Shown here one piece after another: positions 48,532-59,000 of a stretch of 64,000 bases of DNA (its first letter is position 1; the number at the start of each line of letters is the position of its first letter). The notes under the pieces are model-generated. The model was not told where the DNA came from. It worked only from the letters and a program-made list of their open reading frames with translations, and did no database searches. The position numbers and the translations under genes were made by a program. The stretch covers positions 64,001 to 128,000 of the forward strand of contig CAWJPJ010000001.1 of NCBI GenBank assembly GCA_963844715.1, read 5' to 3'. Origin of the DNA: an uncultured Phycisphaerales bacterium (GTDB lineage Bacteria; Planctomycetota; Phycisphaerae; Tepidisphaerales; Tepidisphaeraceae).

Positions 48532-51185
48532 CAGATGCCCATAATCATCCGCAGGGAAATCCCATGATTGCAAAGATCATCGAATTGTCAATCCGCAATA
48601 AGTTCATGGTTCTCCTGCTGACGGCAATGCTTGTCGTGGCGGGGATCTGGGCGACGATCCATATCAGCTTGGACGCTGTGCCCGACCTGTCCGATGTTCA
48701 AGTGATCGTCACTACCGATTATCCAGGCCAAGCCCCTGACGTTGTGGAAGATCAAGTCACCTATCCGCTGACGACCGCCATGATGGGCATTCCTCACGCC
48801 AAGGTAGTGCGCGGCATCAGCATGTTTGAGCAGTCGTTCATCTACATAATCTTCGATGACGGCACCGACCTGTATTGGGCGCGCAGCCGGGTGCTGGAAT
48901 ACCTCAACTTCGTGAAGGACCGGCTTCCGGCCGGCGTCGAGCCGAAGTTGGGGCCTGACGCGACGGGCGTCGGATGGGTTTACCAATACGTCCTGTACCC
49001 CGGCTACTACAGCCCCGATCATCCCAACGGGATTTGGCATGATGAGTCGAACAACAAGTGGTATGCGGATCCGAGCCAGGCCTCCTCAGATCGCAGAGCG
49101 TCGCTGGTCAAGGTACGGGCGTTCGAAAAGCCCGGCCTATGCCCCCTCGACGGCAAGCCGCTTGTTCCTTCCAACCAGGATTTGGCGAGCCTGCGCAGTC
49201 TTCAGGATTGGTATTTGCGCTATCAGCTCACGGCCGTGCCGAATGTCGCCGAAGTCGCGTCGATCGGCGGCTTCGTCAAGGAATATCAGGTCGTGCTCAA
49301 GCCCGAGCGTCTGCTGGCGTACAAACTTCCCGTCAGCACGATCATGACCGCGATTCAGCGCTCCAACAATGATGTTGGCGGATCGGTCATCGAGATGAGC
49401 GAAAACGAGTACATGGTCCGCAGCCGTGGGTATCTCAAAGGATTGGAAGACTTGGCGGATGTCCCGGTCGGCGTCGGCAAGGACGGCACGCCAATCATGC
49501 TCTCGGACGTGGCCACGCTACAGATCGCCGGCGAGGAACGGCGCGGCGTGGGCGAATGGAACGGCGACGGCGAGGCCGTGGGCGGCGTGGTCATCGCGCG
49601 CTTCGGCGCCAACGCCTATCAAGTCATTCAGGACGCCAAGGCTAAGCTCGCCGATCTGGAAAACGGCCTGCCGCCCGGCGTCGTGATTAAAACGGCATAC
49701 GACCGCTTCGATTTGATCGAGCGCGCCGTTCACACGCTGCGGCACACCCTACTTGAGGAAATGCTTGTCGTCGCGCTGGTGTGCGTATTCTTTCTGTTGC
49801 ACGCGCGCAGCTCCCTCGTGGCGATCTTCGTCATTCCCAGCAGTATGCTCATCAGTCTATTGGCGATGCACCTCCTGGGCATCAACGCCAACATCATGAG
49901 CCTGGGCGGAATCGCCATCGCCGTCGGCGTGGTGGTGGACAGCGCGATCATCATGGTTGAGAACGCCCACAAGCATCTCAATCACGAAGAAGAGCGCGTC
50001 CGTGCCGGCGAGCCGTCGCGCCCGCGCAACGACATCATCATGGACGCGGCCAAAGAGGTCGGACCCAGCCTATTTTTCAGTCTTCTAATCATCACGGTCA
50101 GTTTCATGCCGGTGTTCGTTCTCGGCGGGGAAAGTGGTCGGCTGTTCAAGCCGCTCGCCTTCACCAAAACGTTCGCCATGGCGTCCGCATCGGTGTTGTC
50201 GATCACGATCATCCCGGTGCTCATGGTTTATTTCATCACGGCTCGCACGTTGCCCAAGGCGTGGGGCCGGAAGACAAATCTGTTCATTACGCTCGCGGCG
50301 ATTTTAATTCCGGCCGGTCTGTTGTATTGGCTGCCGCGTCTTGAGCCGGATTTGCAACCGTATCGCTGGTGGATGGCGGGCGGCTGGGGGCTTCTGGCGG
50401 CAATGGTGCTCGTGCCGCAGAAGATCATCCACGAAGAACGAAGTCCGATCAGTTACACATTGCAGAAGGTCTATAACCCATTCTTCTGGGCGGCGATGAA
50501 ATTCCGCTGGGTGGTGTTGGTCCTGGCTCTAGCGTTCATGGCTTCCGCCGTCTGGCCGCTCATGCGGCTCGGCAGCGAATTCATGCCGCCGCTGGACGAG
50601 GGCGATCTGCTCTACATGCCGACTACCGATCCAAGTATCAGCGTCACGAAAGCACGGCAGGTCCTCCAGCAGACCGACAAACTCATCAAGACCTTTCCCG
50701 AAGTCGTCAGCGTTTACGGGAAGATCGGCCGCGCCGACACCGCGACCGACCCTGCTCCGCTGGACATGATTGAAAGTGTCACTCGCTTGCAGACGGACCC
50801 GAGCAAATGGCGTAAGCGGAAGATGAGCTATTTCTTCGATACCTGGCCGTCCACCCTCCGCTGGCCTTTCGAGCACACATTCTGGCCGCACGAGCGCAAA
50901 ATCACCATGGATGAACTGGTCTACGGCTGGCAGGACCCAGACGGGACCGACCATCCCGGCTTGAATGCGGTCGTGACCGAGCCGGGCGTTGCCAATGCCT
51001 GGCCGATGCCCATCGAGAACCGCACAAACATGCTTTCCACCGGCATCAAGACGCCGGTGGGAATCAAGATAATGGGGCCCGACCTGCAAGTGCTGGCGGA
51101 TTTGGCCGAGAAGGCTTCGACGATCATGCTCACCGTTCCCGGCACGACCAGCGCGTATCCTGAACGATCCTTCGGCGGTTATTAC

Positions 51186-52024
51186 CTAGGGCCTGTCTGA
51201 TGAATCCAAAATCCTGAAATAGCGACGGATCATGGCGAGCTTGGCCATGGCCTGAAAGTTCACCGCCAGTTTCTCGTAACGCGTGCCCAGGCGGCGATTC
51301 TCCTTCATCCAATTCACGCAACGCTCCACCACGTTCCGTCGGCGATACGCCTTGCGATCAAAGTTCTCCTGCGGCGGCTGATTCGATTTCGCCGGGATCA
51401 CCGCTTGGATTCGGTGGCGACGCAGCCATCGCCGCACATTTCCGTAACTGTATCCCTTGTCGCCCGCCAGCCTCCTGGGGCGACGACGGCGGCGACCGAT
51501 GCGCATCGCGTTCATCACCGGCTCCACGTACCGGCTCTCGTGGCATTGGCCGGCGCTGGCCTCGACGGCGAGCGGAACTCCCTGGCCGTCAGTAACCAGG
51601 TGGAGCTTGCTGCCCCACCCGCCTCGGCTGCGGCCCAACGCGTGATCCGCCGGTTCTTCCGGGGCGGTTTTGATTTTCTGGCTCCGGCGGCGGATCGACT
51701 GGCTCGCACATTGGTGCCGTCGATGCACCACAGGTCCCAGTCGATTCGTCCTTGCTTGTCCAACCTCATCTGCAGCCGCTGGAGGATTCGATCAATCGTT
51801 CCGTCCTTTCTCCAGCGGTTGAAGCGGTCGTAGACGCTTTGCCATCTGCCGTAACGTTCGGGCATCTCGCGCCATTGAGCGCCCGAGTGCAGAATCCAGA
51901 ACATGCCGTTGAGCGTGGTGCGGTGGTCGTTCCACTGCCCGCCGCGCTTGCCGTTGCCGGGCAGCAGATCGCCGATCAACTCGTACTGCTCATCCGTGAG
52001 CTCATAACGTCGCATCCGTGACAC
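51186..52024 (-). CDS. IS5-family transposase in two overlapping ORFs (-1 shift near 51670)
   Basis: ELTDEQ, SGAQWREMPERYGRWQSVYDRFNRW, IDGTNVRA; LGRSRGGWGSKLHL, AGDKGY, YRRRNVVERC, RRLGTRYEK. Confidence 0.95.
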
Positions 52025-52074
52025 CTCGTCTGAAAACCGCTATTTATAACTAAAAGCGATTCATCAGACAGGCC
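51190..52074 (-). mobile_element. IS5-family insertion sequence (IS427-like group), ~885 bp
   Basis: Perfect 17-bp terminal inverted repeats GGCCTGTCTGATGAATC/GATTCATCAGACAGGCC flanked by duplicated CTAG (51186-51189 and 52075-52078; alternatively a TA duplication with 18-bp IRs). Confidence 0.97.
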
Positions 52075-53077
52075 CTAGATATCGACGTCAACCGCCAGCA
52101 AGCCGCACGCTACGGGCTGACCACCGGCGATGTGCAGGACGTCATCAGCACGAACCTCGGCGGAATGAAGACGACGACCGCCGTTGAAGGGCTGGAACGC
52201 TATCCGGTGAACATTCGCTATGCCCGCGATCTCCGAGACGATCCGTCGGCCATCAAGGAAGTCCTTGTCCCGACGCCGACCGGCGCTCAAATTCCGCTCG
52301 GTGAACTCGCCACGGTCAAGATCGATCCTGGCCCACCGATGATCAAGAGCGAAAACGCCCGGCGTACCGCCTGGATATTCGTGGATATGTCGGGGCGCGA
52401 TATCGGCAGCTTCATCGCAGATGCGCAGGCCGCCATTCAGCAAAAACTTCAATTGCCCGCTGGATACACGCTCGTCTGGTCGGGCCAATTCGAGAACATC
52501 CAGCAAGCCGACGCACAATTGAGATGGGCCGTTCCGCTCACATTTATCATCATTGTCATGTTGCTCTATGCCGCCACGAGAAGCTGGTTCAGGGTCGGCG
52601 TTGTATTGCTGGCGGTGCCGTTCAGTCTCGTCGGGGCAATCTGGTTCCTCTACCTGCTCGGTTACAACATGAGCCTGGCAGTGTGGATCGGAATCATCGC
52701 CCTGGCCGGACTCGATGCCGAAACGGGTTTGGTGATGCTGCTGTACCTCGACAATAGTTACGAGCGGTTCAAGACCGAGGGAAGGATGCGGACTCGCGCG
52801 GACCTGTGGCAGGCCGTCTATGACGGCGCGGTGAAGCGAATCCGACCCAAGACCATGACGGTCGCCGCGGCGTTCATCGGCTTAGTTCCGCTGCTCTGGG
52901 CGACCGGAACCGGGGCTGATGTCATGCGGCGGCTTGCCGCCCCAATGCTTGGCGGACTATTCACCAGCTTCCTGATGGAACTGCTGATTTATCCAATCAT
53001 CTTTTATGTGGCAAAAGGAATTGGATTGGGGCAGAAACCAACGGTGACAGAGCCTCAGGTCATGCTGGAGGGCATTC

Positions 53078-54452
53078 ATGCCTAATTTCATATCTGTTTT
53101 TCGGCTGATGATTGTCATGGTGCTGGTGGGATTGGCCGGCTGCACCGTCCACCCTCCGGGCGAACGCGAAGAACGCGACGCGGCACTGCGAACAGGCAAG
53201 CCGTTCGACAAGCCATTCGAAGCCCGCCCAACTGCATTACTGCCGGAAAACCCAACACCAGATCAATTGGTGGAATACGCGTTGCTGAACGACGCGGAAT
53301 TGGAGCAGCGCTATTGGGAATGGCGGTCGGCAATCGAGCAGATTCCACAGGACGGCACGCAATCCACGACTTTCAACCTCATGGCCGGAACAAACATCGC
53401 CAATGAGCGCGCCAGTTGGGGAAGCAGCACAGTGGCATTGTCCAACGACCCCATGACCGACATCAAGTGGCCAGGCAAGTTGGATGCTGCGGCCAAGCAA
53501 ACGCTGGAGAATGCGCGTGCTGCGGGTCGGCGTTTCATCAAGGCGAAATACGACCTCCGGAATAAGGTGCTCAGTGCTTACTACGACTACGCATTGAACG
53601 CGGAACTGATTCGTTTGGAACGAAGCAATCAACAATTGCTCGAGACGACAGCAACAGTCACCGAAGCCCGAAACCGTGCCGGCAGTTCCGGCCAGGAAGA
53701 CGTGCTGAAAGCGGACAACGAAGTGGATATGTCAGGCAACGACATCGCCAATATGGAATCGCAGTTGCCGAGCCAGCGCGCGGCGATCAACGCGCTCATG
53801 AGTCGTCCAGTAGATGCTCCATTGCCCGTGCCGACAGAATTGCCCCGGGCGCGATCACTGGCATATGCGGACGGGGAACTGGTTGAATTGGCCGCGAAAC
53901 AAAATCCCGAACTCATTGCCCTCGCGGATGAGATACGAGGTCGTGGCGAAGGGATACGGCTCGCCAAACTTCAATACGTGCCCGATTTCAACCTGAGCCT
54001 TGGAACAGACCTGATGGGCGTCACGCAGTCGGTGTTGGGCCAAGCGACGATTCCGATCTTTAGGTACGAAACGCTCAATGCCGCTATAGCGCAGGCCGAG
54101 GCCAACCTTCGCGCTTCTGAAGCGATGCGCCGCCAAGCCGGGAATGACTTGGCGGCACGGGTGGTTTTGGACATCAGGATCATTCAAGACTCCGACCGTC
54201 AACTTGATTTATTCGAGCACACGATCCTCCCGCACGCCCGAGAGGTCGTAAATGTCGGCCGGTCCGCATATGAGGCAGGTCTGCGCCACACTGCTCGATC
54301 TCCTGGGCGATCACCGGTCATTGATCGCCCTTGAACGTTTCGTTGCCAATCTTAGAATTGCTCGGGAAAAGCATCTTTCGGATCTTGAGTCGATCACGGC
54401 CAGTGACCTATCAGATCGGCATCTGGGAAATGCTCAAGCCGCTGTTCATTAA
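53078..54452 (+). CDS. TolC/CusC-family outer-membrane efflux lipoprotein; apparent frameshift near ~54285
   Basis: Lipobox LAGC, WPGKL, NPEL, YVPDF.L, IPIF, AYEAG..LLDLL; overlaps the cusA stop. Confidence 0.88.
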
Positions 54453-54462
54453 TGCTTCGGAA

Positions 54463-54754
54463 GGTTGGTTTCCGTCGAAGACTCGGAGAGCGAAGTATAC
54501 GTGAAGCGTCCCCGGGCGCACAATTCATGCGACGAGCCGCGACACGCAAAATGATGGATTTCCCGAGCCTTAAGCGGATCGGTTCCGCACGCCGCGCCGG
54601 ATCAAACCGATCGCCGCCAGGCCGCCCAGCATGCCCAGACCCGCCCAATCAGCCGCCGGAAGAGGAACCGCCGTCGATCCGCCGCCCGTTCCGGTGCCGG
54701 TCGGATTGAAGAAATCGAAATAGGTCCAGTCGAGAAGATATGTATTTTCCGAAG
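54463..54754. repeat. Right copy of the 292-bp direct repeat (contains the functional 3' end of the lectin gene)
   Basis: Ungapped match to 46219-46510. Confidence 0.95.
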
Positions 54755-55457
54755 AAGCCCCGTCGGCGGAAGTAAACCCGGCAAACGCGTTGGACTGCCC
54801 AAGAACGTCCGGAATATTCACCGCATACGTGAGCAGCGGGGTCGTCGGCTTGACCGTTGTATTCGCATCCACGGCATACACGCTCAAATCCGATCCGTTG
54901 TAATCGATCCATGCCGTCCAGATGGTGCCGTTGTCGAATTGCGTCGGCACATTCGTCTGTCCGCCGGGGAAATCGCCGTTGTCGATATCACCGTCCGTCG
55001 CCACGCCGATGTAATTTGAACTGGGATCGTTGTTCGCCGTGTTCTGAAACGTATCAAATTTCACCGCCACGCTCGGCGTGATCCCCTGATATCCGATCCC
55101 CTCGCCCGCCTCCCCCGCGCTGGAGCTTTCCGTCTGCACGGTAAAGACCAGTCCGTCCGCTCCCACCTGCGTCCCGTCGCTGATCCCGACCGGGTCATTC
55201 ATGCGCCACTGAAAGCTCGTGCTGAATCCCGTAGCCGCCTGAAGCTGCGTCGTGCTGAAGACGGTCCCGAAGACGAAACTCCCGCCGCTCGGCTGAAGCT
55301 CCAAAACGTTCGTATCCCCGGCCCCATCGTTGGCGACTTGCTCAGTGAAGCCGTTGAGGGTCAGCCCCGATGTGCTCGCAAAGTTATTAAAAGTAACGGT
55401 AGTGGCTGAAGCCACGGAGGCGGCCAACACTCCCGCCGCGAACGCGAGAAGACGCAT
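54570..55457 (-). CDS. Secreted legume (L-type) lectin-domain protein with VPLPA-CTERM (PEP-CTERM-like) exosortase sorting signal
   Basis: Signal peptide MRLLAFAAG.., FSTSFQW, GADGLVFTVQ, GIGY.G, SVAVKFDTFQN, AWIDYNG, FAGFTSA; tail VPLPAA-W.GL..L + TM + RR. Confidence 0.9.
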   Translation of the reverse strand: MRLLAFAAGVLAASVASATTVTFNNFASTSGLTLNGFTEQVANDGAGDTNVLELQPSGGSFVFGTVFSTTQLQAATGFSTSFQWRMNDPVGISDGTQVGADGLVFTVQTESSSAGEAGEGIGYQGITPSVAVKFDTFQNTANNDPSSNYIGVATDGDIDNGDFPGGQTNVPTQFDNGTIWTAWIDYNGSDLSVYAVDANTTVKPTTPLLTYAVNIPDVLGQSNAFAGFTSADGASSENTYLLDWTYFDFFNPTGTGTGGGSTAVPLPAADWAGLGMLGGLAAIGLIRRGVRNRSA

Positions 55458-56081
55458 GAGTCCCTTCCTTCCTGAAGTACACCGACAAGAATCCCGGCTA
55501 AACACCCAACGCCGGAGAGATGAACGACGCGAAAATAATCGAAACGAGCGAATCCGTCCAACTAAAACTTACGCACCCGCCCCCGAGAATTGTTTAGCAC
55601 CAACTTATTAAAATGCATTCTCGCCCCGCGTTCCGACCGGTCGCCCGAATTGGAGCTATGGAGAATTAAGGAGGACAAGGCAACGTCTATGCATATCCGG
55701 ATTAATGCACCTATTCGCTTGCGGCAAAAGGGAATAACCCCCGCGCCGCTCCCATTTATGGTTCGAACCGCAGAAATAGTGCGTGAGAGATTATCCACTT
55801 GTCTCGCAGTACATTTGCAACTGTCTATCAGTCCTAGATTTAAGTCCCACGACGTACCAAACGGCAAATCCCGGCAATCCCCAATTGAGCCAATGAAAAA
55901 CCCCAATTTTTCTGTTGAGATTCGCCGCAGGCGGTGTAGCTTACCCCTCGTGCCGATCACCTCGGCGCCGGCGGATAAGTAACTTCCCGGGATGGGCAAC
56001 CCCGGGTCGGTTTTTGTGCCCGTTTGAGCCATCGGAGGGCCTGGCTGTTCCGGCAGCGGATGGGCGGAGGGCTTTAAAAAC

Positions 56082-59000
56082 GTGAAATTCGGAAAAAAGA
56101 GCCGCCGCGCGGAATCTATCGGCGCGTCTATCTGGTCGGCCAAGCCTGCGCTTCAAACCCAGCATTGAAACCCTTGAATCGCGCATCTTGCTCAGCACAT
56201 ACATTACCGATCCTTTTTCGGAGCATCTTGCCGCGCATCAGTCCGTGGGCACGCCGACGATCATCGATCTCGGCGTCGTGCCTCAGGTCTCCGCCGACAG
56301 CCTGTCCGCTCCCTTCAATCCCAGCCAGATTCGCCAGGCGTATGGCGTGGATCAGATCTCCTTCAACGGCACCGCCGGCACCGGGGCCGCACAAACCATC
56401 GCCATCGTCGATGCCTACAGCGACCCGGACATCATCTCCGACGCCAACGCCTTCAGCTCGAACTTCGGCTTGCCGCAGTTCAACGGCTCCGGCGAACCGA
56501 CGCTCACCGTCCTGAATCAAGACGGCGGCACCTCTCTCCCCGGCACCCCGACGCCCGGAACCTGGGACGCCGAGGAATCTCTCGACGTCGAATGGGCCCA
56601 CGCCATGGCGCCCGACGCCAACATCATCCTCTTCGAGGCCAACACCAACTCCACCACCAATCTCTTCAAAGCCGTCAGCGAAGCCGCCGATTACGCCGGC
56701 GTTTCCGTCGTCTCGATGAGCTGGGAAAATTCCGAAGTTTCCGGCGAAACTTCCCTCGACTCCGACCTCACCACTCCCAAGGGACATCAAGGCGTCACCT
56801 TCGTCGCGTCCACCGGCGACGTCGGCGGGCAGACCGATTATCCGTCCACGTCGCCCAACGTCCTGGCGGTCGGCGCGACCAGCCTCACCATCAACAGCGA
56901 CGGCTCCTACGGCTCCGAATCCGCCTGGGCCGACGGCGGCGGCGGAGTCAGCCAGTACGAATCGCAGCCGAGTTACCAAACCGGCAATGTCAATGGCGCC
57001 AGCACCACCAACCGCACCGTCCCGGACGTTTCCATCGACGGCGACCCGAACACCGGCGTCTATCTCCTCGACACTTTCGACAACGCCTCCTACCAGGAAG
57101 CCGGTGGCACCAGTCTTGCCGCGCCGATGTGGGCCGGCCTCATCGCCGATGCCGATCAGGGCCTGGCCCTCAAGGGAGACGGCACGCTCAACGGCGCAAC
57201 GCAAACCCTCCCCGATCTCTACAACCTTCCCAGCTCCGATTTCCACGACATCACAACCGGCAGCAACGGCTTCCCCGCGACAACCGGATACGACCTGGCC
57301 ACGGGTTTGGGGACTCCCATCGCCAATCTTCTCGTCCCCGCATTGGCCGGCTATTCCACGACTTCGACCGCGTCGAGCCTCGTCTTCACCCAACAGCCCA
57401 GCAACGTAACCGCCGGAAACTCCATCGGCCCCTCCGTCGTCGTGAAAATCGAAGACCAGGACGGCAACGTACTCAGCGATGACAACTCCGACGTGACGTT
57501 TAGCGTCAACAGCGGCCCGGGATCGCTCGTGGGCACCCCCGTCACCGTCCAGGCCGTCGACGGCGTCGCGACATTCAGCAATCTCGTCCTCGACACTGCC
57601 GGCAATTACACCCTCAAGGCTTCCGACTCGACCGACTCACTCAGCAATTTCGCTTCCAGCAGCTTCACCGTCTCCCCCGCCGTGGCGGAGCAACTCGTCT
57701 ACTCCAGGAACCCTTCAAGCGGCACAGCCGGGACGGCGCTCTTCTTCCGTCGCACTGACCATCGAAGATCAATTCAACAACGTCGAAACCGGAGATACCT
57801 CCAGCGTGTCGATCTCCGCCAGCGGTCCGGGATCGCTGACCGGCAGCTCCACGACGACCGTCAGCGCCGTCAAAGGCGTGGCGACATTCAGCAATCTCGT
57901 CCTCGATACGTCCGGGTCTTATACGCTCAGTGCAACGGATTCATCGGATAGCCTCAGCAGCGGCGCATCGAACAGCTTCTCAGTCTCTCCCGCAGCCGCG
58001 AATAAATTGGTCTTCACAACCGAACCCTCCGCCGGCACGGCAGGCGTCGCCCTCTCCTCCGTTGGCGTCACCATCGAAGATCAATTCGGGAATATCGAGA
58101 CAGGGGACTCAAGCAGCGTAACCATCGCCGCCTCCGGACCCGGGCCGCTCACCGGTTCCTCGACGACCAGCGCATCGGCCTCCAAAGGCGTCGCGAACTT
58201 CAGCAATCTCGTCCTCGATACCGCCGGCAGCTACACGCTGAAGGCCTCGGATAGTTCGGATACTCTGAGCAATTTCGCGTCCAGCAGTTTCAGCATCTCC
58301 CCCACAACGGCGTCGAAGATCGTCTTCACCAGCCAACCCACAAGCGGCACCGCCGGAACGGCCCTCGCCTCGGCGAATCTCAGCATCGAGGACCAGTTCG
58401 GCAACGTCGAAACCGGCGACACAACCAGCGTCACCATCGCCGCAACCGGACCTGGTCCGCTGACGGGCTCTTCCACGGCCAGCGTCAACGCCGTGGACGG
58501 CGTGGCGAAGTTCACCAATCTCCTCCTCGACACCGCCGGCAGTTACACCCTTAAGGCGACCGACGCCACAGACAGCCTCACCAGCGCGGCATCCACCAGC
58601 TTCACTGTCTCCCCCGCCGCCGCCACGCAGCTTCTTTTCACCACCAACCCGATCAGCGGAACCGCTGGCACGGCGCTCGCATCCGTCGCGCTCACCATCG
58701 AAGATCAATTCGGCAACGTCGAGACCGGCGACAATTCAACCGTTACAGTCACCGCCGCCGGACCCGGATCGCTCGTCGGTTCGCCCGTCGGCGTCAGCGC
58801 ATCCAAAGGCATCGCGACATTCAGCGATCTCGTCCTCGACACGGCCGGTAGCTACACGCTCAAAGCCACCGACAGCTCCGACAGCCTGACCAGCGCGGCG
58901 TCCAATTCGTTCAGCGTCTCCCCCGCCTCAGCCTCGCGCGTGATCTTCAGCGCCCAGCCGGTCGGCACAACCGCCGGAGACGCGTTGGCGTCCGTGTCTC

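Larger units (their letters stand above)
48564..53085 (+). pseudogene. cusA: CusA/SilA-like heavy-metal efflux RND permease interrupted by an IS5-family element
   Basis: LDAVPDLSDVQVIV, LGPDATGVGWVYQY, NIMSLGGIAIAVG, EFMPPLDEGDLLYMP, RIRPKTMT; codons ..GYY-L|DIDVNR.. rejoin in frame when 51190-52078 is removed. Confidence 0.95.
46511..54462 (+). mobile_element. Integrase-less genomic island carrying a heavy-metal RND efflux operon
   Basis: Bracketed by 292-bp direct repeats; removing it restores lectin gene - promoter - GH28 adjacency; the C-rich plus-strand skew looks weaker than in the flanks (judged by eye). Confidence 0.75.

Noticed and set aside
46219..54754. Repeat pair interpreted as a DGR template/variable repeat
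   Set aside because: Mismatches are not restricted to adenines, extend into non-coding DNA, and there is no reverse transcriptase in the window.
55562..56143. ORFs of 130-193 aa in the lectin/protease intergenic region
   Set aside because: AT-rich promoter-like DNA with atypical codon usage and no recognisable motifs; the GGTTCGAACC string there does not fold into a tRNA.
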